Assembly: GCA_964016885.1 (NCBI GenBank)
Contig: OZ024742.1
Coordinates: forward strand, 165,044,001 to 165,108,000
Source of the DNA: Eledone cirrhosa
Taxonomy: Eukaryota
Length of the DNA: 64,000 nucleotides
Direction of reading: 5' to 3'
Below the pieces are notes generated by a model, which made no database searches, was not told the DNA's origin, and saw nothing but the letters and a program-made list of their open reading frames with translations. Numbering within the stretch: the stretch's first letter is position 1; each line of letters begins with the position of its first letter. The translations under genes and the position numbers were made by a program. Positions 41,801-55,200 of this stretch are shown one piece after another.

Positions 41801-44710
41801 GATTTTTTTTTACAAATTATCTACGCCTAATTTTTTTTACAAATTATCTCCCCCTGATTTTTTTTTACAAATTATCTCCCCCTGATTTTTTTTACAAATT
41901 ATCTCCCCCTGATTTTTTTTTACAAATTATTTCCCCCTGATTTTTTTACAAATTATCTCCCCCCTGATTTTTTTTACAATCTCCGCCTGATTTTTTTAAA
42001 AATTATCTTCCCTTGGCTGGCGGGAAATTATCTCCCCTTGGACGGCTGGAAATTATATCCCCTTGGAAGGATGGAAATTATCTCCCCTTGGACGGCTGGA
42101 AATTATCTCCCCTTGGACGGCTGGAAATTATCTCCCCTTGGACAGCTGGAAATTATCTGTCCTTGATTTTGTTTTTACAAATTATCTCCCCCTGATTTTT
42201 TTTACAAATTATCTCCACCTGATTTTTTAAAAAATTATCTCCCCTTGGACGGCTGGAAATTATCTCCCCTTGATTTTTTTTACAAATTATCTCCCCCTGA
42301 TTTTTTTTTACAAATTATCTCCCCCTGATTTTTTTTTACAAATTATCTCCCCCTGATTTTTTTTTACAAATTATCTCACCCTGATTTTTTTTACAAATTA
42401 TCTCTCCCTGATTTTTTTACAAATTATCTCCCCTTGGCTGGCTGGAAATTATCTCCCCTTGGAGGCTGGAATTTATCTCCCCTTGGACGGCTAGAAATTA
42501 CCTCTCCTTGGACGGCTGGAAAATATGTCTCCTTGGACGGCTGGATATTATCTACCCTTGGACGGCTGGAAATTATCTCCCCTTGGACGGCTGGAAATTA
42601 TCTCCTCTTGGACGGCTAGATATTACCTCCCCTTGGACGGCTGGAAATTATCTCCCCTTGATTTTTTTACAAATTATCTCCCCCTGATTTTTTTACAAAT
42701 TATCTCCCCCTGATTTTTTTTACAAATTATCTCCGCCTAATTTTTTTAAATATTATCTTCCCTTGGCTGGCGGGAAATTATCTCCCCTTGGACGGCTGAA
42801 AATTATCTCCCCTTGGACGGCTGGAAATTATCTCCCCTTGATTTTTTTTACAAATTATCTCCCCCTGATTTTTTTTTACAAATTATCTCCCCCTGATTTT
42901 TTTTACAAATTATCTCCCCCTGTTTTTTTTACAAATTATCTCCCCTTGGCTGGCTGGAAATTATCTCCCCTTGGAGGCTGGAATTTATCTCCCCTTGGAC
43001 GGCTAGAAATTACCTCTCCTTGGAAGGCTGGAAAATATGTCCTTGGACGGCTGGATATTATCTACCCTTGGACGGCTGGAAATTATCTCCCCTTGGACGG
43101 CTGGAAATTATCTCCCCTTGGACGGCTAGATATTACCTCCCCTTGGACGGCTGAAAATTATCTCCCCTTGGACGGCTGGAAATTATCTCCCCTTGATTTT
43201 TTTTTACAAATTATCTCCCCCTGATTATTTTTTACAAATTATCCCCTGATTTTTTTTTTACAAATTATCTCCCCCCGATTTTTTTTACAAATTATCTCCC
43301 CCTGATTTTTTTACAAATTATCTCCCCTTGGCTGGCTGGAAATTATCTCCCATTGGAGGCTGGAATTTATCTCCCCTTGGACGGTTAGAAATTACCTCCC
43401 CTTGGACAGCTGAAAATTATCTCCCCTTGGACGGCTGGAAATTATCTCCCCTTGATTTTTTTTACAAATTATCTCCCCCTGATTTTTTTTTACAAATTAT
43501 CTCCCCCTGATTTTTTTTTACAAATTATCTCCCCCTGATTTTTTTTTACAAATTATCTCCCCCTGATATTTTTTACAAATTATCTCCCCCTGATTTTTTT
43601 ACAAATTATCTCCCCTTGGCTGGCTGGAAATTATCTCCCCTTGGAGGCTGGAATTTATCTCCCCTTGGACGGCTAGAACTTACCTCGCCTTGGACGGCTG
43701 GAAAATATGTCTCCTTGGACGGCTGGAAATTATCTCCCCTTGGACGGCTGGAAATTATCTCCCCTTGGACAGCTGGAAATTATCTCCCCTTGGACGGCTA
43801 GATATTACCTCCCCTTGGACGGCTGGAAATTATCTCCCCTTGATTTTTTTTACAAATTATCTCCCCCTGATTTTTTTTTACAAATTATCTCCCCCTGATT
43901 TTTTTTTACGAATTATCTCCCCCCGATTTTTTTTTACAAATTATCTCCGCCTGATTTTTTTTAAAAAATTATCTCCCCTTGAACGGCTGGAAATTATCTC
44001 CCCTTGGACGGCTGGAAATTATCTCCCCTTGGACGGCTAGAAATTACCTCTCCTTGGACGGCTGAAAATTATCTCCCCTTGGACGGCTGCAAATTATCTC
44101 CCCTTGATTTTTTAACAAATTATCTCCCCCTGATTTTTTTTTACAAATTATCTCCCCCTGATTTTTTTTTACAAATTATCTCCCCCTGATTTTTTTTTAC
44201 AAATTATCTCCCCCTGATTTTTTTACAAATTATCTCCCCCTGATTTTTTTTACAATCTCCGCCTGATTTTTTAAAAAATTATCTTCCCTTGGCTGGCGGG
44301 AAATTATCTCCCCTTGGACGGCTGGAAATTATCTCCCCTTGATTTTTTTACAAATTATCTCCCCCTGATTTTTTTTACAAATTATCTCCCCCTGATTTTA
44401 TGTTACAAATTATCTCCCCCTGATTTTTTTACAAATTATCTCCCCCTGATTTTTTTTACAAATTATCTCCGCCTGATTTTTTTAAATATTATCTTCCCTT
44501 GGCTGGCGGGAAATTATCTCCCCTTGGACGGCTGGAAATTATCTCCCCTTGATTTTTTTTACAAATTATCTCCCCCTGATTTTTTTTTACAAATTATCTC
44601 CCCCTGATTTTTTTTTACAAATTATCTCCCCCTGATTTTTTTTTACAAATTATCTCCCCCTGATTTTTTTTTACAAATCTCCCCCTGATTTTTTTATAAA
44701 TTATCTCCCC
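38832..44710 (+). repeat. Tandem duplication, 2 x 2,939 bp, present only in copy 2
   Basis: ORF pairs 39074/42013, 39824/42763, 40677/43616 and 41375/44314. The marker CTACGCC lies at 38882 and 41821. The junction is at ~41771. Confidence 0.93.
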
Positions 44711-47700
44711 TTGGCTGGCTGGAAATTATCTCCCCTTGGAGGCTGGAATTTATCTCCCCTTGGACGGCTAGAAATTACCTCTCCTTGGATGGCTGGAAAA
44801 TATGTCTCCTTGGACGGCTGGATATTATCTACCCTTGGACGGCTGGAAATTATCTCCCCTTGGACGGCTGGAAATTATCTCCCCTTGGACGGCTAGATAT
44901 TACCTCCCATTGGACGGCTGGAAATTATCTCCCCTTGATTTTTTTTACAAATTATCTCCCCCTGATTTTTTTTTACGAATTATCTCCCCCTGATTTTTTT
45001 TTACAAATTATCTCCGCCTGATTTTTTTTTTAAAATTATCTCCCCTTGAACGGCTGGAAATTATCTCCCCTTGGACGGCTGGAAATTATCTCCCCTTGGA
45101 CGGCTAGAAATTACCTCTCCTTGGACTGCTGAAAATTATCTCCCCTTGGACGGCTGCAAATTATCTCCCCTTGATTTTTTTAACAAATTATCTCCCCCTG
45201 ATTTTTTTTTACAAATTATCTCCCCCTGATTTTTTTTTACAAATTATCTACGCCTAATTTTTTTTACAAATTATCTCCCCCTGATTTTTTTTTACAAATT
45301 ATCTCCCCCTGATTTTTTTTACAAATTATCTCCCCCTGATTTTTTTTACAAATTATCTCCCCCTGATTTTTTTACAAATTATCTCCCCCCTGATTTTTTT
45401 TACAATCTCCGCCTGATTTTTTTAAAAATTATCTTCCCTTGGCTGGCGGGAAATTATCTCCCCTTGGACGGCTGGAAATTATATCCCCTTGGAAGGATGG
45501 AAATTATCTCCCCTTGGACGGCTGGAAATTATCTCCCCTTGGACGGCTGGAAATTACCTCCCCTTGGACAGCTGGAAATTATCTGCCCTTGATTTTGTTT
45601 TTACAAATTATCTCCCCCTGATTTTTTTTACAAATTATCTCCACCTGATTTTTTAAAAAATTATCTCCCCTTGGACGGCTGGAAATTATCTCCCCTTGGA
45701 CGGCTGGAAATTATCTCCCCTTGATTTTTTTTACAAATTATCTCCCCCTGATTTTTTTTTACAAATTATCTCCCCCTGATTTTTTTTACAAATTATCTCC
45801 CCCTGATTTTTTTTTACAAATTATTTCCCCCTGATTTTTTTACAAATTATCTCCCCCCTGATTTTTTTTACAATCTCCGCCTGATTTTTTTAAAAATTAT
45901 CTTCCCTTGGCTGGCGGGAAATTATCTCCCCTTGGACGGCTGGAAATTATATCCCCTTGGAAGGATGGAAATTATCTCCCCTTGGACGGCTGGAAATTAT
46001 CTCCCCTTGGACGGCTGGAAATTATCTCCCCTTGGACAGCTGGAAATTATCTGCCCTTGATTTTGTTTTTACAAATTATCTCCCCCTGATTTTTTTTACA
46101 AATTATCTCCACCTGATTTTTTAAAAAATTATCTCCCCTTGGACGGCTGGAAATTATCTCCCCTTGATTTTTTTTACAAATTATCTCCCCCTGATTTTTT
46201 TTTACAAATTATCTCCCCCTGATTTTTTTTACAAATTATCTCCCCCTGATTTTTTTTTACAAATTATCTCACCCTGATTTTTTTTACAAATTATCTCTCC
46301 CTGATTTTTTTACAAATTATCTCCCCTTGGCTGGCTGGAAATTATCTCCCCTTGGAGGCTGGAATTTATCTCCCCTTGGACGGCTAGAAATTACCTCTCC
46401 TTGGACGGCTGGAAAATATGTCTCCTTGGACGGCTGGATATTATCTACCCTTGGACGGCTGGAAATTATCTCCCCTTGGACGGCTGGAAATTATCTCCTC
46501 TTGGACGGCTAGATATTACCTCCCCTTGGACGGCTGGAAATTATCTCCCCTTGATTTTTTTACAAATTATCTCCCCCTGATTTTTTTACAAATTATCTCC
46601 CCCTGATTTTTTTTACAAATTATCTCCGCCTAATTTTTTTAAATATTATCTTCCCTTGGCTGGCGGGAAATTATCTCCCCTTGGACGGCTGAAAATTATC
46701 TCCCCTTGGACGGCTGGAAATTATCTCCCCTTGATTTTTTTTACAAATTATCTCCCCCTGATTTTTTTTTAAAAATTATCTCCCCCTGATTTTTTTTACA
46801 AATTATCTCCTCCTGATTTTTTTACAAATTATCTCCCCTTGGCTGGCTGGAAATTATCTCCCCTTGGAGGCTGGAATTTATCTCCCCTTGGACGGCTAGA
46901 AATTACCTCTCCTTGGAAGGCTGGAAAATATGTCCTTGGACGGCTGGATATTATCTACCCTTGGACGGCTGGAAATTATCTCCCCTTGGACGGCTGGAAA
47001 TTATCTCCCCTTGGACGGCTAGATATTACCTCCCCTTGGACGGCTGAAAATTATCTCCCCTTGGACGGCTGGAAATTATCTCCCCTTGATTTTTTTTACA
47101 AATTATCTCCCCCTGATTATTTTTTACAAATTATCCCCTGATTTTTTTTTTACAAATTATCTCCCCCTTATTTTTTTTACAAATTATCTCCCCCTGATTT
47201 TTTTACAAATTATCTCCCCTTGGCTGGCTGGAAATTATCTCCCATTGGAGGCTGGAATTTATCTCCCCTTGGACGGTTAGAAATTACCTCCCCTTGGACG
47301 GCTGGAAAATATGTCTCCTTGGACGGCTGGAAATTATCGCCCCTTGGACGGCTGGAAATTATCTCCCCTTGGACGGCTGGAAATTATCTCTCATCGGACG
47401 GCTAGAAATTACCTCTCCTTGGACAGCTGAAAATTATCTCCCCTTGGACGGCTGGAAATTATCTCCCCTTGATTTTTTTTACAAATTATCTCCCCCTGAT
47501 TTTTTTTTACAAATTATCTCCCCCTGATTTTTTTTTACAAATTATCTCCCCCTGATTTTTTTTTACAAATTATCTCCCCCTGATTTTTTTACAAATTATC
47601 TCCCCTTGGCTGGCTGGAAATTATCTCCCCTTGGAGGCTGGAATTTATCTCCCCTTGGACGGCTAGAAATTACCTCGCCTTGGACGGCTGGAAAATATGT

Positions 47701-49244
47701 CTCCTTGGACGGCTGGAAATTATCTCCCCTTGGACGGCTGGAAATTATCTCCCCTTGGACAGCTGGAAATTATCTCCCCTTGGACGGCTAGATATTACCT
47801 CCCCTTGGACGGCTGGAAATTATCTCCCCTTGATTTTTTTTACAAATTATCTCCCCCTGATTTTTTTTTACAAATTATCTCCCCCTGATTTTTTTTTACG
47901 AATTATCTCCCCCCGATTTTTTTTTACAAATTATCTCCGCCTGATTTTTTTTTTAAAATTATCTTCCCTTGAACGGCTGGAAATTATCTCCCCTTGGACG
48001 GCTGGAAATTATCTCCCCTTGGACGGCTAGAAATTACCTCTCCTTGGACGGCTGAAAATTATCTCCCCTTGGACGGCTGCAAATTATCTCCCCTTGATTT
48101 TTTAACAAATTATCTCCCCCTGATTTTTTTTTACAAATTATCTCCCCCTGATTTTTTTTTACAAATTATCTCCCCCTGATTTTTTTTTACAAATTATCTC
48201 CCCCTGATTTTTTTACAAATTATCTCCCCCTGATTTTTTTTACAATCTCCGCCTGATTTTTTAAAAAATTATCTTCCCTTGGCTGGCGGGAAATTATCTC
48301 CCCTTGGACGGCTGGAAATTATCTCCCCTTGGACGGCTGGAAATTATCTCCCCTTGGACAGCTGGAAATTATCTGCCCTTGATTTTGTTTTTACAAATTA
48401 TCTCCCCCTGATTTTTTTTACAAATTATCTCCACCTGATTTTTTAAAAAATTATCTCCCCTTGGACGGCTGGAAATTATCTCCCCTTGATTTTTTTACAA
48501 ATTATCTCCCCCTGATTTTTTTTACAAATTATCTCCCCCTGATTTTATGTTACAAATTATCTCCCCCTGATTTTTTTTTACAAATTATCTCCCCCTGATT
48601 TTTTTTTACAAATTATCTCCCCCTGATTTTTTTTTACAAATTATCTCACCCTGATTTTTTTTACAAATTATCTCTCCCTGATTTTTTTACAAATTATCTC
48701 CCCTTGGCTGGCTGGAAATTATCTCCCCTTGGAGGCTGGAATTTATCTCCCCTTGGACGGCTAGAAATTACCTCTCCTTGGACGGCTGGAAAATATGTCT
48801 CCTTGGACGGCTGGATATTATCTACCCTTGGACGGCTGGAAATTATCTCCCCTTGGACGGCTGGAAATTATCTCCTCTTGGACGGCTAGATATTACCTCC
48901 CCTTGGACGGCTGGAAATTATCTCCCCCTGATTTTTTTTTACAAATTATCTCCCCCTGATTTTTTTTTACAAATTATCTCCCCCTGATTTTTTTACAAAT
49001 TATCTCCCCCTGATTTTTTTTACAATCTCCGCCTGATTTTTTAAAAAATTATCTTCCCTTGGCTGGCGGGAAATTATCTCCCCTTGGACGGCTGGAAATT
49101 ATCTCCCCTTGGACGGCTGGAAATTATCTCCCCTTGGACAGCTGGAAATTATCTGCCCTTGATTTTGTTTTTACAAATTATCTCCCCCTGATTTTTTTTA
49201 CAAATTATCTCCACCTGATTTTTTAAAAAATTATCTCCCCTTGG

Positions 49245-52200
49245 ACGGCTGGAAATTATCTCCCCTTGATTTTTTTACAAATTATCTCCCCCTGATTTTT
49301 TTTACAAATTATCTCCCCCTGATTTTATGTTACAAATTATCTCCCCCTGATTTTTTTTTACAAATTATCTCCCCCTGATTTTTTTTTACAAATTATCTCC
49401 CCCTGATTTTTTTTTACAAATTATCTCACCCTGATTTTTTTTACAAATTATCTCTCCCTGATTTTTTTACAAATTATCTCCCCTTGGCTGGCTGGAAATT
49501 ATCTCCCCTTGGAGGCTGGAATTTATCTCCCCTTGGACGGCTAGAAATTACCTCTCCTTGGACGGCTGGAAAATATGTCTCCTTGGACGGCTGGATATTA
49601 TCTACCCTTGGACGGCTGGAAATTATCTCCCCTTGGACGGCTGGAAATTATCTCCTCTTGGACGGCTAGATATTACCTCCCCTTGGACGGCTGGAAATTA
49701 TCTCCCCTTGATTTTTTTACAAACTATCTCCCCCTGATTTTTTTACAAATTATCTCCCCCTGATTTTTTTTACAAATTATCTCCGCCTAATTTTTTTAAA
49801 TATTATCTCCCCTTGGACGGCTGGAAATTATCTCCCCTTGGACGGCTGGAAATTATCTCCCCTTGGACAGCTGGAAATTATCTGCCCTTGATTTTGTTTT
49901 TACAAATTATCTCCCCCTGATTTTTTTTACAAATTATCTCCACCTGATTTTTTAAAAAATTATCTCCCCTTGGACGGCTGGAAATTATCTCCCCTTGATT
50001 TTTTTACAAATTATCTCCCCCTGATTTTTTTTACAAATTATCTCCCCCTGATTTTATGTTACAAATTATCTCCCCCTGATTTTTTTTTACAAATTATCTC
50101 CCCCTGATTTTTTTTTACAAATTATCTCCCCCTGATTTTTTTTTACAAATTATCTCACCCTGATTTTTTTTACAAATTATCTCTCCCTGATTTTTTTACA
50201 AATTATCTCCCCTTGGCTGGCTGGAAATTATCTCCCCTTGGAGGCTGGAAATTATCTCCCCTTGGACAGCTGGAAATTATCTGCCCTTGATTTTGTTTTT
50301 ACAAATTATCTCCCCCTGATTTTTTAAAAAATTATCTTCCCTTGGCTGGCGGGAAATTATCTCCCCTTGGACGGCTGGAAATTATCTCCCCTTGGACGGC
50401 TGGAAATTATCTCCCCTTGGACAGCTGGAAATTATCTGCCCTTGATTTTGTTTTTACAAATTATCTCCCCCTGATTTTTTTTACAAATTATCTCCACCTG
50501 ATTTTTTAAAAAATTATCTCCCCTTGGACGGCTGGAAATTATCTCCCCTTGATTTTTTTACAAATTATCTCCCCCTGATTTTTTTTACAAATTATCTCCC
50601 CCTGATTTTATGTTACAAATTATCTCCCCCTGATTTTTTTTTACAAATTATCTCCCCCTGATTTTATGTTACAAATTATCTCCCCCTGATTTTTTTACAA
50701 ATTATCTCCCCCTGATTTTTTTTACAAATTATCTCCGCCTGATTTTTTTAAATATTATCTTCCCTTGGCTGGCGGGAAATTATCTCCCCTTGGACGGCTG
50801 GAAATTATCTCCCCTTGATTTTTTTTACAAATTATCTCCCCCTGATTTTTTTTTACAAATTATCTCCCCCTGATTTTTTTTTACAAATTATCTCCCCCTG
50901 ATTTTTTTTTACAAATTATCTCCCCCTGATTTTTTTTTACAAATCTCCCCCTGATTTTTTTATAAATTATCTCCCCTTGGCTGGCTGGAAATTATCTCCC
51001 CTTGGAGGCTGGAATTTATCTCCCCTTGGACGGCTAGAAATTACCTCTCCTTGGATGGCTGGAAAATATGTCTCCTTGGACGGCTGGATATTATCTACCC
51101 TTGGACGGCTGGAAATTATCTCCCCTTGGACGGCTGGAAATTATCTCCCCTTGGACGGCTAGATATTACCTCCCATTGGACGGCTGGAAATTATCTCCCC
51201 TTGATTTTTTTACAAATTATCTCCCCCTGATTTTTTTTTACGAATTATCTCCCCCTGATTTTTTTTTACAAATTATCTCCGCCTGATTTTTTTTTAAAAA
51301 TTATCTCCCCTTGAACGGCTGGAAATTATCTCCCCTTGGACGGCTGGAAATTATCTCCCCTTGGACGGCTAGAAATTACCTCTCCTTGGACGGCTGAAAA
51401 TTATCTCCCCTTGGACGGCTGCAAATTATCTCCTCTTGATTTTTTTAACAAATTATCTCCCCCTGATTTTTTTTTACAAATTATCTCCCCCTGATTTTTT
51501 TTACAAATTATCTACGCCTAATTTTTTTTACAAATTATCTCCCCCTGATTTTTTTTTACAAATTATCTCCCCCTGATTTTTTTTACAAATTATCTCCCCT
51601 TGGCTGGCTGGAAATTATCTCCCCTTGGAGGCTGGAATTTATCTCCCCTTGGACGGTTAGAAATTACCTCTCCTTGGACTGCTGGAAAATATGTCTCCTT
51701 GGACGGCTGGAAATTATCTCCCCTTGGACGGCTGGAAATTATCTCCCCTTGGACGGCTGGAAATTATCTCTCCTCGGACGACTAGAAATTACCTCTCCTT
51801 GGACAGCTGAAAATTATCTCCCCCTGATATTTTTTACAAATTATCTCCCCCTGATTTTTTTACAAATTATCTCCCCTTGGCTGGCTGGAAATTATCTACC
51901 CTTGGAGGCTGGAATTTATCTCCCCTTGGACGGCTAGAAATTACCTCGCCTTGGACGGCTGGAAAATATGTCTCCTTGGACGGCTGGAAATTATCTCCCC
52001 TTGGACGGCTGGAAATTATCTCCCCTTGGACGGCTGGAAATTATCTCCCCTTGGACGGCTAGATATTACCTCCCCTTGGACGGCTGGAAATTATCTCCCC
52101 TTGATTTTTTTTACAAATTATCTCCCCCTGATTTTTTTTTACAAATTATCTCCCCCTGATTTTTTTTTACGAAGTATCTCCCCCTGATTTTTTTTTACAA

Positions 52201-55200
52201 ATTATCTCCGCCTGATTTTTTTTTTAAAATTATCTCCCCTTGAACGGCTGGAAATTATCTCCCCTTGGACGGCTGGAAATTATCTCCCCTTGGACGGCTA
52301 GAAATTACCTCTCCTTGGACGGCTGAAAATTATCTCCCATTGGACGGCTGCAAATTATCTCCCCTTGATTTTTTAACAAATTATCTCCCCCTGATTTTTT
52401 TTTACAAATTATCTCCCCCTGATTTTTTTTTACAAATTATCTACGCCTAATTTTTTTTACAAATTATCTCCCCCTGATTTTTTTTTACAAATTATCTCCC
52501 CCTGATTTTTTTTACAAATTATCTCCCCCTGATTTTTTTTTACAAATTATTTCCCCCTGATTTTTTTACAAATTATCTCCCCCCTGATTTTTTTTACAAT
52601 CTCCGCCTGATTTTTTTAAAAATTATCTTCCCTTGGCTGGCGGGAAATTATCTCCCCTTGGACGGCTGGAAATTATATCCCCTTGGAAGGATGGAAATTA
52701 TCTCCCCTTGGACGGCTGGAAATTATCTCCCCTTGGACGGCTGGAAATTATCTCCCCTTGGACAGCTGGAAATTATCTGTCCTTGATTTTGTTTTTACAA
52801 ATTATCTCCCCCTGATTTTTTTTACAAATTATCTCCACCTGATTTTTTAAAAAATTATCTCCCCTTGGACGGCTGGAAATTATCTCCCCTTGATTTTTTT
52901 TACAAATTATCTCCCCCTGATTTTTTTTTACAAATTATCTCCCCCTGATTTTTTTTTACAAATTATCTCCCCCTGATTTTTTTTTACAAATTATCTCACC
53001 CTGATTTTTTTTACAAATTATCTCTCCCTGATTTTTTTACAAATTATCTCCCCTTGGCTGGCTGGAAATTATCTCCCCTTGGAGGCTGGAATTTATCTCC
53101 CCTTGGACGGCTAGAAATTACCTCTCCTTGGACGGCTGGAAAATATGTCTCCTTGGACGGCTGGATATTATCTACCCGTGGACGGCTGGAAATTATCTCC
53201 CCTTGGACGGCTGGAAATTATCTCCTCTTGGACGGCTAGATATTACCTCCCCTTGGACGGCTGGAAATTATCTCCCCTTGATTTTTTTACAAATTATCTC
53301 CCCCTGATTTTTTTACAAATTATCTCCCCCTGATTTTTTTTACAAATTATCTCCGCCTAATTTTTTTAAATATTATCTTCCCTTGGCTGGCGGGAAATTA
53401 TCTCCCCTTGGACGGCTGAAAATTATCTCCCCTTGGACGGCTGGAAATTATCTCCCCTTGATTTTTTTTACAAATTATCTCCCCCTGATTTTTTTTTACA
53501 AATTATCTCCCCCTGATTTTTTTTACAAATTATCTCCCCCTGATTTTTTTACAAATTATCTCCCCTTGGCTGGCTGGAAATTATCTCCCCTTGGTGGCTG
53601 GAATTTATCTCCCCTTGGACGGCTAGAAATTACCTCTCCTTGGAAGGCTGGAAAATATGTCCTTGGACGGCTGGATATTATCTACCCTTGGACGGCTGGA
53701 AATTATCTCCCCTTGGACGGCTGGAAATTATCTCCCCTTGGACGGCTAGATATTACCTCCCATTGGACGGCTGGAAATTATCTCCCCTTGATTTTTTTTA
53801 CAAACTATCTCCCCCTGATTTTTTTTTACGAATTATCTCCCCCTGATTTTTTTTTACAAATTATCTCCGCCTGATTTTTTTTTTAAAATTATCTCCCCTT
53901 GAACGGCTGGAAATTATCTCCCCTTGGACGGCTGGAAATTATCTCCCCTTGGACGGCTAGAAATTACCTCTCCTTGGACGGCTGAAAATTATCTCCCCTT
54001 GGACGGCTGCAAATTATCTCCCCTTGATTTTTTTAACAAATTATCTCCCCCTGATTTTTTTTTACAAATTATCTCCCCCTGATTTTTTTTTACAAATTAT
54101 CTACGCCTAATTTTTTTTACAAATTATCTCCCCCTGATTTTTTTTTACAAATTATCTCCCCCTGATTTTTTTTACAAATTATCTCCCCCTGATTTTTTTT
54201 ACAAATTATCTCCCCCTGATTTTTTTACAAATTATCTCCCCCCTGATTTTTTTTACAATCTCCGCCTGATTTTTTTAAAAATTATCTTCCCTTGGCTGGC
54301 GGGAAATTATCTCCCCTTGGACGGCTGGAAATTATATCCCCTTGGAAGGATGGAAATTATCTCCCCTTGGACGGCTGGAAATTATCTCCCCTTGGACGGC
54401 TGGAAATTACCTCCCCTTGGACAGCTGGAAATTATCTGCCCTTGATTTTGTTTTTACAAATTATCTCCCCCTGATTTTTTTTACAAATTATCTCCACCTG
54501 ATTTTTTAAAAAATTATCTCCCCTTGGACGGCTGGAAATTATCTCCCCTTGGACGGCTGGAAATTATCTCCCCTTGATTTTTTTTACAAATTATCTCCCC
54601 CTGATTTTTTTTTACAAATTATCTCCCCCTGATTTTTTTTTACAAATTATCTACCCCTGATTTTTTTTTACAAATTATCTCCCCCTGATTTTTTTTACAA
54701 ATTATCTCTCCCTGATTTTTTTTTACAAATTATCTCCCCCTGATTTTTTTTTACAAATTATCTACCCCTGATTTTTTTTTACAAATTATCTCCCCCTGAT
54801 TTTTTTTACAAATTATCTCCCCCTGATTTTTTTTACAAATTATCTCCCCCTGATTTTTTTACAAATTATCTCCCCCCGATTTTTTTTACAAATTATCTCC
54901 GCCTAATTTTTTTAAATATTATCTTCCCTTGGCTGGCGGGAAATTATCTCCCCTTGGACGGCTGAAAATTATCTCCCCTTGGACGGCTGGAAATTATCTC
55001 CCCTTGATTTTTTTACAAATTATCTCCCCCTGATTTTTTTTACAAATTATCTCCCCCTGATTTTATGTTACAAATTATCTCCCCCTGATTTTTTTTTACA
55101 AATTATCTCCCCCTGATTTTTTTTTACAAATTATCTCCCCCTGATTTTTTTTTACAAATTATCTCACCCTGATTTTTTTTACAAATTATCTCTCCCTGAT

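Larger units (their letters stand above)
24349..54131 (+). repeat. Copy 2 of the large higher-order duplication (~29.8 kb, including 184 bp and 2,939 bp not present in copy 1)
   Basis: 26661-54131 is collinear with 1-24348 and shares private markers such as TTACTAATT (3041/29701), GGACGGGTGG (10562/37222), CTAGAACTTAC (~13890/40734) and TACCCGTGG (~23390/53173). Including 24349-26660 in the unit is an inference. Confidence 0.85.
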
